Positions 52,449 to 60,365 of a DNA stretch of 64,000 nucleotides are shown here, in pieces. How positions within the stretch are numbered: the stretch's first letter is position 1; every line of letters begins with the position of its first letter. This stretch comes from Candidatus Fibrimonadaceae bacterium (lineage in GTDB: Bacteria; Fibrobacterota; Fibrobacteria; Fibrobacterales; Fibrobacteraceae). The position numbers and the translations under genes were made by a program. A model generated the notes under the pieces. The model was not told the DNA's origin. It searched no databases and saw only the letters and a list, made by a program, of their open reading frames with translations. The stretch covers positions 18,056 to 82,055 of the forward strand of contig JAITFP010000075.1 of assembly GCA_031281275.1 (NCBI GenBank), in the 5' to 3' direction.

Positions 52449-53642
52449 TTAGCTTTTTATGGCATTTTTCACCTCTCTTTTAATATATGCTGGCACATAT
52501 TTAAGCACATAGCCATTTTGTTTAACCGCTTCAATGCAAAGTTTAGCAGTTTTGAAGGCTTTAGGAACATATTTGAGCATATAACCATCTTGCTTAACCG
52601 CTTCAAGGCACATTTCCGCAGTCTTTAAGTTTTCTGGCACATATTGAAATGCCCAGCCACACCGCAGCTTTACCGCTTCATTGCAGAATTTAGCCGTTTT
52701 TATAGTTTCTGGCACATAGTTAAATGCATAGCTATTTTGCTTAATCGCTTCAAGATAGATTTTGGCAGTTTTGAGATTTTCTGGCACATATTCAAGCATT
52801 TTGCCCTCATTGCCTTGCATTGCTTTAAAACAGATTTTGGGAGTTTTTAGGGATTCTGGCACGTATTTAAATGCAGAGCAATTACTTTTAACCGCCTCAA
52901 GGCAGAGTTCCTCTGTTTTTAAATTTTCTGGCACATATTCAAGCCAGCAGCCGTTCTTTTTAACTGTTTCAAAATACATTTCCGCAGTCTTTAAGTTTTC
53001 TGGCACGTGTTTAAGCACATCAACTCCATTCATAACTGCTTCAAAGCAAAGTTCTGCGGTCTTGAGATTTTCTGGCACATATTCAAGCATCATCCCATCG
53101 CGCTTAACCGCTTCAAGGCAAAGTTCAGCGGTTTTTAGATTTTCTGGCACATATTTAAGGGCATCGCTATCTTGTTTAACTGCTTCAAGGCAGAGTTCAG
53201 CGGTTTTCAAATTTTCTGGCACATATCTAAGTATCCAGCCTTCGTGCTTAATCGCTTCAATGTAGAGTTCAGCGGTTTTTAAGTTTTCTGGCAATTCAAG
53301 CCAATCAACCCAACGGTATTTGGTGGAAATAGGCTTAGGCTCGGCAAGATTATGCAATGAGTTTATAAAATTCTTTATAGATTCTTGGGCGTGAGCAATA
53401 AATCTAGTTCCATCACAAGGAAATGTTTCTATGGCTTTAATTAAACCCTTTGTTCCTGCTTTCACAAGATGCTGCATAGGCGCTCTGTCTTTATATCTCA
53501 TTGCAATTTTCAAAACATAATTCATATTTGCGTCTATTAATTTTTTTCGCGCAGCACGGTCTTTTTTATTTTCCAATAAATGATATTCCTCTTCCATTGT
53601 TAAAGCTGGAATATCTTTGTATTTGTATTTTTCTTCATTCAT
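52449..53642 (-). CDS. sigma-70 region-2-like N-terminal module fused to 11 DUF4116-type repeats (no region 3/4)
   Basis: 397 aa from MNEEKYKYK (the ATG lies 1 nt after the trkA stop). LTMEEEYHLL...ARKKLIDANMNYVLKIAMRYKDRAPMQHLVKAGTKGLIKAIETFPCDGTRFIAHAQESIKNFI, then 11 copies of VPENLKTAELCLEAVKQxGxxLxY. Confidence 0.55.
   Translation of the reverse strand: MNEEKYKYKDIPALTMEEEYHLLENKKDRAARKKLIDANMNYVLKIAMRYKDRAPMQHLVKAGTKGLIKAIETFPCDGTRFIAHAQESIKNFINSLHNLAEPKPISTKYRWVDWLELPENLKTAELYIEAIKHEGWILRYVPENLKTAELCLEAVKQDSDALKYVPENLKTAELCLEAVKRDGMMLEYVPENLKTAELCFEAVMNGVDVLKHVPENLKTAEMYFETVKKNGCWLEYVPENLKTEELCLEAVKSNCSAFKYVPESLKTPKICFKAMQGNEGKMLEYVPENLKTAKIYLEAIKQNSYAFNYVPETIKTAKFCNEAVKLRCGWAFQYVPENLKTAEMCLEAVKQDGYMLKYVPKAFKTAKLCIEAVKQNGYVLKYVPAYIKREVKNAIKS
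52480..53300. repeat. 72-nt-period in-frame tandem repeat array (11 units)
   Basis: TTTTCTGGCACATAT(T/C) recurs at roughly 72-nt spacing (near 52631, 52777, 52923, 52995, 53067, 53147, 53209, with degenerate copies between). Several units share stretches of more than 20 nt identity. Confidence 0.75.
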
Positions 53643-53643
53643 A

Positions 53644-54303
53644 TTACATCCTATCCAAGGCTTCGTTTGGTCCAAATAAAAATAATGCATCTCCATCACT
53701 AAATTCATATTGTGCTTTTGGAACAGCGTTTAGCTTTCCTGTTTTTGCATCTTTAATGGCAATAACCTGAACTCCATATTTGTTTATCAAATTAGCATCC
53801 ATCAATGTTTTGCCCACCAAGTTTTTGGGGCATTTCCATTCCATAACAGAATAACCGTCCATAAGCGGCATAAAATCCAAAATGTTGGGGCGACCTATTT
53901 TATCCAGTTTGTTTGCGAGTTCAACAGCCATATCACGTTCTGGTTGGAATATGTATTCTGGAAGCAAACCCATTTTTTCAAGTATTGCGCAATGAGCGGT
54001 ATCGTTTGCTTTTGCCATTATGTTCATCACACCCATTTCCTTTAAATTTAAAATTGTGATAAGCGAACTTTCAAGAGAGCCTATGCACACTATCACAAAA
54101 TCTGCTTTGGCAAGCGGAAATCTTTGCAGCATATTTTTTCTTAAAGAATCTGCAACTGCCGCCTGCGAAGCAAAAGGCGTTATGTCTTGGACAATTTCTG
54201 CTTCCTTATCTACGGCAAGCACCGAATGCCCAAGCTCCGACAAACGCTTCACTAAAAGAATGCCTGTATTTCCAAGCCCTATCACTATGAATTGTTTAGA
54301 CAT
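53644..54303 (-). CDS. trkA: Trk/Ktr potassium uptake NAD-binding subunit
   Basis: 219 aa. FIVIGLGNTGILLVKRLSELGHSVLAVD Rossmann motif plus a TrkA-C-like C-terminus. Confidence 0.85.
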   Translation of the reverse strand: MSKQFIVIGLGNTGILLVKRLSELGHSVLAVDKEAEIVQDITPFASQAAVADSLRKNMLQRFPLAKADFVIVCIGSLESSLITILNLKEMGVMNIMAKANDTAHCAILEKMGLLPEYIFQPERDMAVELANKLDKIGRPNILDFMPLMDGYSVMEWKCPKNLVGKTLMDANLINKYGVQVIAIKDAKTGKLNAVPKAQYEFSDGDALFLFGPNEALDRM

Positions 54304-54304
54304 A

Positions 54305-55651
54305 TCAACCCACCATCACGTTTTCCTCTGAATAATAAGCATCCGAATGCGGTTGCAGAACCACAGCTTGAACCAAAACCAAAGGACCAAGCCTGCCTAC
54401 AAACATAACCACAGATAGCAAAATTTTTCCAGATGTTGTTAAATATTCCGTTATTCCCATGCTCAAGCCACAAGTTGAAAACGCACTCACGGTTTCAAAC
54501 AATAATTCCAAAAAACGATCCTGCCCCGCTTGTACAGACAAATTTGCAGTTTCAAAATTCAAAAGCAAAATACAAGTAATGGCTATAAATATAACAGATA
54601 GAACAAAAATTCGCACAGCGCGAGATACAGTTTCTTCAGGTATTGTGCGGTTGAAAGCCTGCGTTTTTTTGCGACCTAAAAATCTATTTATGCCAAGCAA
54701 CACTATTATCGCAGCAGTTGTTGTTTTTATGCCGCCGCCGCAGCTTCCAGGGCTTGCCCCTATGAACATGAGCAAAATCATAGTGAAAAGCAGAGGAGCG
54801 CCAAGGAGCGCAAAATTCACCGTGCTATAACCACCGGAACGCGCGGTCACGGATTGAAAAACGCTTATCAAAGCTTTATCGAAAAAAGAGTAGCCTTTCA
54901 AAACGCCATCCCATTCCATATTCAGCATCAAAAGCATTCCAAAAATTATCAGCGTAACTGTCATAAGCAAAACGAGTTTTGTGTGCAAAGTCAAATATTT
55001 GCCCGGTATTTTATTTTTTTTTGACGACACAAATTCAGACAAAGCCAAAAAACCAAAACCTCCACAGATTATTAAAAATATCAATGTTATATTCACCACC
55101 ACATTTGTGGAAAAACCTTGCATAGAATTATCTAGCAAGGAAAAACCCGCATTGCAGAATGCGCTTATGGCGTGAAAAGCCGAGAAAAACAAACGCTCCC
55201 AGATTGGCATATCCGAAAATTGCGTGAAAAGCATTATGGCACCGCATAGTTCAATTGCCAATGTAATTATCACCACTTTCATTACAACATAAGCGGTACT
55301 TGAGTTATCGTCTGCGGAATAACTGCTGCTCAAAGCCGATAATTGACCAAAACTCATTTTGGAATGCAGAATAAGCATTATTATGGTTGAAATAGCCATT
55401 ATCCCTATGCCGCCCACCTCTATTAAACTGAGTAATATGAACTGCCCTGCAAAACTGAGTTCGTGCCCAATAGACACAACAGCAAGCCCATTTACACAAG
55501 AAGCGGATGTTGCCATAAAAAGCGCATCTGAAAATGTCAAGCCAGAGTTTGAACTAAAAGGCATTAAGAGCAAAATTGTGCCAAGCGAAATCAAAGCTAG
55601 AAATCCTGCCACAGGGTAAAGCATTGGATGGCGGCTAATGTAACTTGACAT
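54305..55651 (-). CDS. trkH: Trk/Ktr potassium transporter membrane subunit
   Basis: 448 aa, polytopic. Repeated pore-loop-like motifs (SASCVNGL, CNAGFS, TARSGGY, STCGLS). Ends 1 nt upstream of trkA. Confidence 0.8.
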   Translation of the reverse strand: MSSYISRHPMLYPVAGFLALISLGTILLLMPFSSNSGLTFSDALFMATSASCVNGLAVVSIGHELSFAGQFILLSLIEVGGIGIMAISTIIMLILHSKMSFGQLSALSSSYSADDNSSTAYVVMKVVIITLAIELCGAIMLFTQFSDMPIWERLFFSAFHAISAFCNAGFSLLDNSMQGFSTNVVVNITLIFLIICGGFGFLALSEFVSSKKNKIPGKYLTLHTKLVLLMTVTLIIFGMLLMLNMEWDGVLKGYSFFDKALISVFQSVTARSGGYSTVNFALLGAPLLFTMILLMFIGASPGSCGGGIKTTTAAIIVLLGINRFLGRKKTQAFNRTIPEETVSRAVRIFVLSVIFIAITCILLLNFETANLSVQAGQDRFLELLFETVSAFSTCGLSMGITEYLTTSGKILLSVVMFVGRLGPLVLVQAVVLQPHSDAYYSEENVMVG

Positions 55652-55659
55652 TTATTTAC

Positions 55660-56412
55660 CTAATCCTGTTGCGCAGGCAACTTTGCCAAAGCCTCGGCGG
55701 CAGATTTTATGTTTTCCGTTGGGGTATCGCTAAAAAGCCTCCCGTCTTTTAATTTTATTGTGCGATTGCTGAATTCCGTGATTTCTGGATTGTGGGTCAC
55801 AAAAACTATGGTTTTCCCTTGCTTGTTCAATTCCTGAAACAAAACCATAATTTCATAACCAGTGCGTTCATCCAATGCTCCAGTTGCTTCGTCTGCCAAA
55901 ATCATAACGGGGTTATTCACAAGCGCGCGCGCTATGGCAACCCTCTGCTGCTGCCCACCAGAAAGCTGGCTTGGCAAATGGTCGCTACGATTCACAAGCC
56001 CAACTCTTTCCAAACAGGACATTGCCATTTTTCTGCGTTTTTTGGAAGATACTTCTGAATTGTAAAGCAGGGGTAATTCAACCTGTTCAAGTGCGCTGGT
56101 ACGTGGCAAAAGATTAAAGCTCTGAAACACAAAACCTATTTTTCTGTTTCTGAGTGTTGCAAGAGCATCTTTTTTTAACTTGTATGTTGGCTTGCCGTCC
56201 AAAATATATTCGCCGCTTGTTGGTTTATCTAGCAAGCCAAGTGTATTTAGGAGCGTTGTTTTTCCGCTGCCGCTTGCACCCATTATTGTTACAAATTCTC
56301 CTGCAAATATTGAAAAACTAACACTGCGCAAGGCGTGTATTGTTTCTGCGCCCATATAAAAATCACGCTTAACGTTTCTTATATCTAAAATTGCTGTTCT
56401 ACTCTCATTCAC
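55660..56412 (-). CDS. ABC transporter ATP-binding protein (MacB/LolD/FtsE-type)
   Basis: 250 aa. [38 protein letters not shown]. No FtsX-type permease gene adjacent. Confidence 0.85.
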   Translation of the reverse strand: MNESRTAILDIRNVKRDFYMGAETIHALRSVSFSIFAGEFVTIMGASGSGKTTLLNTLGLLDKPTSGEYILDGKPTYKLKKDALATLRNRKIGFVFQSFNLLPRTSALEQVELPLLYNSEVSSKKRRKMAMSCLERVGLVNRSDHLPSQLSGGQQQRVAIARALVNNPVMILADEATGALDERTGYEIMVLFQELNKQGKTIVFVTHNPEITEFSNRTIKLKDGRLFSDTPTENIKSAAEALAKLPAQQD

Positions 56413-57770
56413 AAAGTACCCAATATTTCAATTATTGTTTCTCTAACAATTCCAGTAGTTTGGCTGGCTACCGTGGAAAGAACTTTACGCGCTTCGGGCG
56501 TGTTTATGGTGCCAAGGGCAAGAACAGCTTCTCTTGAAATGGATTCATTTGAATTGTCTGCAACTATGCTGCCCAAAGGCTCTAAAAAAATCGGGTCGGG
56601 GAAATGGCTCATAATGCGAATGGCAGCAATTCTGTTGTCTGCTGCGAGGATTCTATTTTTTGCTTCTCTAATAAGAAATCTTTTTGCTACCTCTCCCCTT
56701 TCTATAAAAATCTGCTCTTTTGCCTGCAATGAATCTGGGTTGAATTCGTCTGCTCTATAACCTGCAACAATTTCCTTGAAATTTTTTTGCATATCCACCA
56801 TATAATCGCCACTTGTATTTGGATCTATTTCAAAGTAATAGAGCATTTCAAGGTTATCTAATTTCGCACGTAAATTGATTAAATCCATATTTTGAACTGC
56901 AAGTTGGTTTTTTAAACTGTCAATCTCATGTTTTCTGCTTTGAATGTTTTCGCTAAATCCGCCATTAATGGCAATGGACATATAAACTCCAGGAGCGCGA
57001 TATCCGTTGTATGCGCCAGGATTTTTGATTCTAAAGCCAAAATGTTCGTCTTTATTAAAGAAATATCTGTAAAAATCGCTTGCACCTGCACTTATTTGCA
57101 AATATTTAATAGGCTTCAAAGATAATCCCGCATTGTGATGCGAAAATCCGTATCTAAAAAATCCCTCATAAGTGATGCTCAATTTCTGCGTACCCAAACC
57201 CTGCTCAAAGCCCCAAAAAGGCGCTATATCATCTGATTTCATAAAAGGAAAGATCGATACTCCACCTAAGAGCTTCCACCAGTCATTGCCCCACTCCGCA
57301 ACTGCGTAAAATTCTCCGGTTTGTTCTTTGCGCTCGGTTTTGGGAACGGAATAGAAATATGCTTCAGGGCTTTGCACAAATGCTCTTGCCCCAATCGCAA
57401 TGGCAGGCACAACCAAAAAGGCTTTGTTAACCCGGTCTTTTACATCTAAAGAAATGGTGCTACCAAACTGAAGACCCAGCTCCAAAGAGTTCAAAAAACC
57501 AAAACGAAGCGAACTCACAAAGGGATGCCTATCGCACATATAATTGCTAACGCAGCTTGACTGGTGATAGCCAATGGTTCCGCGAACCTGAAAAGCCTTA
57601 TCGCCCAAAACTTCCGCAGAAGGCACAACCAAAAAATCGCTACCATCGCTAAGAGCAAAAACAGAACCTTGCGCAAGCACAAAGAATAGGAAAAATAATT
57701 TTAACCGAGCAAAAAACACTCTACCTATCATAGCAAGATTCTCTATCTTTCTTAAAAAAGATGTTTGCAT
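56409..57770 (-). CDS. secreted protein: beta-rich N-terminal half, coiled coil, C-terminal HEAT/PBS-lyase-like repeats
   Basis: 453 aa. Hydrophobic signal region; IDSLKNQLAVQNMDLINLRAKLDNLE; AAIRIMSHFPDPIFLEPLGSIV...REAVLALGTINTPEARKVL. Confidence 0.4.
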   Translation of the reverse strand: MQTSFLRKIENLAMIGRVFFARLKLFFLFFVLAQGSVFALSDGSDFLVVPSAEVLGDKAFQVRGTIGYHQSSCVSNYMCDRHPFVSSLRFGFLNSLELGLQFGSTISLDVKDRVNKAFLVVPAIAIGARAFVQSPEAYFYSVPKTERKEQTGEFYAVAEWGNDWWKLLGGVSIFPFMKSDDIAPFWGFEQGLGTQKLSITYEGFFRYGFSHHNAGLSLKPIKYLQISAGASDFYRYFFNKDEHFGFRIKNPGAYNGYRAPGVYMSIAINGGFSENIQSRKHEIDSLKNQLAVQNMDLINLRAKLDNLEMLYYFEIDPNTSGDYMVDMQKNFKEIVAGYRADEFNPDSLQAKEQIFIERGEVAKRFLIREAKNRILAADNRIAAIRIMSHFPDPIFLEPLGSIVADNSNESISREAVLALGTINTPEARKVLSTVASQTTGIVRETIIEILGTL

Positions 57771-57776
57771 ATTCTG

Positions 57777-57787
57777 AATATAGAAAA
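57777..57787 (-). promoter_or_regulatory. TTTTCTATATT element 6 nt upstream of the ATG at 57770
   Basis: Minus-strand reading AAATTTTCTATATTCAGAATATG. Exact consensus. Confidence 0.4.
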
Positions 57788-57824
57788 TTTCTGGAGTTCC
57801 TTACGTAGAGGCTCTAGTTGGGAA

Positions 57825-57835
57825 TTTTCTATTTT
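57825..57835 (+). promoter_or_regulatory. TTTTCTATTTT element 6 nt upstream of the ATG at 57842
   Basis: Divergent partner of the element at 57777-57787. Confidence 0.35.
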
Positions 57836-57841
57836 TATTAT

Positions 57842-58144
57842 ATGACAAGTGAATTTATGGGAAAAATCCCTATAAAATATCGAGAAGATATTGAAAAAAC
57901 AACTAATTTGCTCAAGAATGAGGGCTGTAGCGTTTTTCTATTCGGTTCTATGGTAACAGGGGAAATAAATAAAAATTCCGATATAGATATTGGAATATCA
58001 GGACTACCTCCGAAAAAATTTTTTAGAATATATGCAAAATTAGATAAAGCGGCATCAAATAAAATAGACCTAGTTGATTTTGATACTCAGAAAGATTTTT
58101 ACAACCTTCTAGATTCACTAGGTGAGGTAGTAAAAATTGGATAA
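57842..58144 (+). CDS. minimal nucleotidyltransferase (MNT) antitoxin-type protein
   Basis: 100 aa. FLFGSMVTGEINKNSDIDIGI (GSx10DxD). Confidence 0.7.
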   Translation: MTSEFMGKIPIKYREDIEKTTNLLKNEGCSVFLFGSMVTGEINKNSDIDIGISGLPPKKFFRIYAKLDKAASNKIDLVDFDTQKDFYNLLDSLGEVVKIG

Positions 58145-58592
58145 AAAGTTAAAGATAAAATTATCTTTTGAAATTTCTCAAATAGATAAATTGATTAATG
58201 ACGGCAAACCTTTATTGAAATTATGTGAAGAAAAAATCCCGAACTATATTGAAATATCCGCAGCAGCGTTGTTATTGCATTCTTTTTATAATGGGATAGA
58301 AAATATTTTGATTTTAATATTCAAAAATAGTAAAGAAGAAGTTACTGGTGAAAAATGGCACTCAGAATTGTTGAGCAAAGCATTTGTTTCAGTTGCAAGC
58401 AGAAAGCAAATATTCAATGATGAATTAAGTGAACCTCTGGAAGAATATTTGAAGTTCAGGCATTTTATTAGACACGCTTACGGATTTCAGTTAGAATGGC
58501 TGGCAATGGAAGATTTAGTGAAAAGAATAGAGAATATTTGGAATAAAGTAAAAGAAGACCTAAATGAATTTATGTTAGACCCACAGTTGTGA
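58137..58592 (+). CDS. HEPN-domain (HepT/DUF86-like) toxin-type protein
   Basis: 151 aa with a TTG start overlapping the MNT stop by 8 nt. KFRHFIRHAYG contains Rx4HxY. Confidence 0.6.
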   Translation: MDKKLKIKLSFEISQIDKLINDGKPLLKLCEEKIPNYIEISAAALLLHSFYNGIENILILIFKNSKEEVTGEKWHSELLSKAFVSVASRKQIFNDELSEPLEEYLKFRHFIRHAYGFQLEWLAMEDLVKRIENIWNKVKEDLNEFMLDPQL

Positions 58593-58680
58593 ACGCTAAA
58601 CAAGTAGTCCTTACCGTCGTAGCTGTAGTTGGCGTATTTATTTGACTTGATAGCTCAAAATGTAGAAAATGTGAACGGCA

Positions 58681-58693
58681 TTTTTTCTAAATT
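58681..58693 (+). promoter_or_regulatory. TTTTTTCTAAATT element 10 nt upstream of the ATG at 58704
   Basis: Variant of the recurrent motif. Supports the MKSIKF start. Confidence 0.35.
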
Positions 58694-58703
58694 AAATTAT
58701 TGT

Positions 58704-59444
58704 ATGAAATCCATCAAATTTTTGCCTTTTTTAGTTGCCACTGGCTTTTTTGTCGCCTGCGCTCCATCAGAGAAATCCATTCCCACCGGTGTTGATATAT
58801 ACAAGGTAGAGGCAACGGCAAACGAAGCTCTCAAGCTTGCAAAGTTAGATTCCTCAAACATAGTCTCCATTTCACGTTATTTGGAACATTTGTCTAGACG
58901 AATAGACCTGTTAGATAGTTTATCTTTAACGGCACCTTTGGCTATGACAACCGAAAACCAATTGCAATTAGCTCTTTTAAGAGAAGAGGTTATATTTTTA
59001 CGTAAATTTTTGGAAAACCAAAATAAAGTTCCATTGATAAATCCTAGCCGCGAGCAAGCTCCCTCGGCTCCAAGCCCCTTGCCTCCAGAATATGAGCAAG
59101 CCCAGTACCTGTTTTCTCAAAAAAAATACAGCGATGCCGCAAAAGGTTTTGAAAAGGTCACCGTTCTTTACCCTAGAGGCGACTGGGCAGATGCCGCTTG
59201 GTACTGGGCTGGCGAATCGCAAATGGCACTTGGCAACTATGCGCAGGCAATTTCCGCTTTTGAAAAGGTTTTCTTTTATGCAGAATCCATTAAACAACCA
59301 GATGCGCAATTTCAAATAGGTATGTGTTTGCTTAAAATGGGAAGCAAAGACCTTGCAAAGGTAGCTCTGCGCAAGGTTCAGGAATTTTATCCGAAAAGCC
59401 CAAGAGCCTTGCAAGCACAATCCGAGTTAAATAAAATTAGATAG
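58704..59444 (+). CDS. cpoB: Tol-Pal-associated TPR protein YbgF/CpoB-like lipoprotein
   Basis: 246 aa. FFVACAP lipobox, coiled-coil N-terminus, C-terminal TPRs YEQAQYLFSQKKYSDAAKGFEKV...AWYWAGESQMALGNYAQAISAFEKV...QFQIGMCLLKMG. Confidence 0.6.
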   Translation: MKSIKFLPFLVATGFFVACAPSEKSIPTGVDIYKVEATANEALKLAKLDSSNIVSISRYLEHLSRRIDLLDSLSLTAPLAMTTENQLQLALLREEVIFLRKFLENQNKVPLINPSREQAPSAPSPLPPEYEQAQYLFSQKKYSDAAKGFEKVTVLYPRGDWADAAWYWAGESQMALGNYAQAISAFEKVFFYAESIKQPDAQFQIGMCLLKMGSKDLAKVALRKVQEFYPKSPRALQAQSELNKIR

Positions 59445-59446
59445 CT

Positions 59447-60319
59447 TTAATTCCTAAATGTCGAGGAATGTTGTCTGCGGAACTGGTTTTGCTTTGCCTT
59501 ATTGCTTTCGCGTTCTCTGCGGCGAAGTTCGGTATCGTCTGGGAAAAGCTCTTCAAACGCAAAACCTATGCCCACACCAAATACAACTCCAACTGGTGGA
59601 ATGCCTCCTTTACCATTATTTTCTTCTACTAAGGAAATATATTTCTCACCTGTTCCGGTGTTATATCTCCAAGACGGATTAGACCTTCCAAATGAGTCAA
59701 ATGAATCGTCCCTATTTTTAATCCCTTTAGCTTTGATTCCGTTGCCTATGGTATAAACACCAACTATTGCCTGCAAAAAATACCACTGGTCGCTCAAATA
59801 AGAAACTGCCGCATCGAATTCATAACCGTAGCAAAGCAAAATTGAACGAACATTGCCTTTGGATGGTTCTGATACATGATCGTAGAAAACGGTTCCATAA
59901 GAAACCTGAAAACTTAAATGTATTGGATCTTTTGGAAATAGGTAATACGCAAAGCCCAAACGCCACCCCAAACCACCGTCTAAAGTATATTGCTCAAAAA
60001 CTGGGTCGTCGTGAGAAAGTATAAAACCTAAGGTTAAGAAACCCGAAGCATGCCACTTGGTTATATATTCTGCTCCAGCACCAAAGCCAAACCAGTTAGC
60101 ACCCATAGTGGGGAATTTGGTTCCCATTCCCATTTCCAAAATAAGACGGTCTTTAAGCCAATCGCGGCGGCGCAGGGAGTTTGCATATTCGTCTGCACGT
60201 TGGTCTTCTTCCCATTGCTTGCGCGCTGCTCGGTCGTCTAATATAACGGATCTCTGTGCCCAAACAATATTTGCGCAAAGCAATAGCAAAATAAGAAAAA
60301 TGGAGATTTGCTTAACCAT
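59447..60319 (-). CDS. probable outer-membrane protein with a basic C-terminal tail
   Basis: 290 aa. Signal peptide ISIFLILLLLCANIVWAQ, Gly/aromatic-rich beta pattern. Confidence 0.4.
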   Translation of the reverse strand: MVKQISIFLILLLLCANIVWAQRSVILDDRAARKQWEEDQRADEYANSLRRRDWLKDRLILEMGMGTKFPTMGANWFGFGAGAEYITKWHASGFLTLGFILSHDDPVFEQYTLDGGLGWRLGFAYYLFPKDPIHLSFQVSYGTVFYDHVSEPSKGNVRSILLCYGYEFDAAVSYLSDQWYFLQAIVGVYTIGNGIKAKGIKNRDDSFDSFGRSNPSWRYNTGTGEKYISLVEENNGKGGIPPVGVVFGVGIGFAFEELFPDDTELRRRERESNKAKQNQFRRQHSSTFRN

Positions 60320-60365
60320 AGTTCTCTAAAAATACATTTTTTTTTGCTACATAGCTAATTTTAGG

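Noticed and set aside
52480-53300. Regularly spaced repeats that could be mistaken for a CRISPR array
   Set aside because: The period is 72 nt with no repeat/unique-spacer alternation. The whole stretch is one open reading frame encoding 24-aa units, and no cas genes are present.
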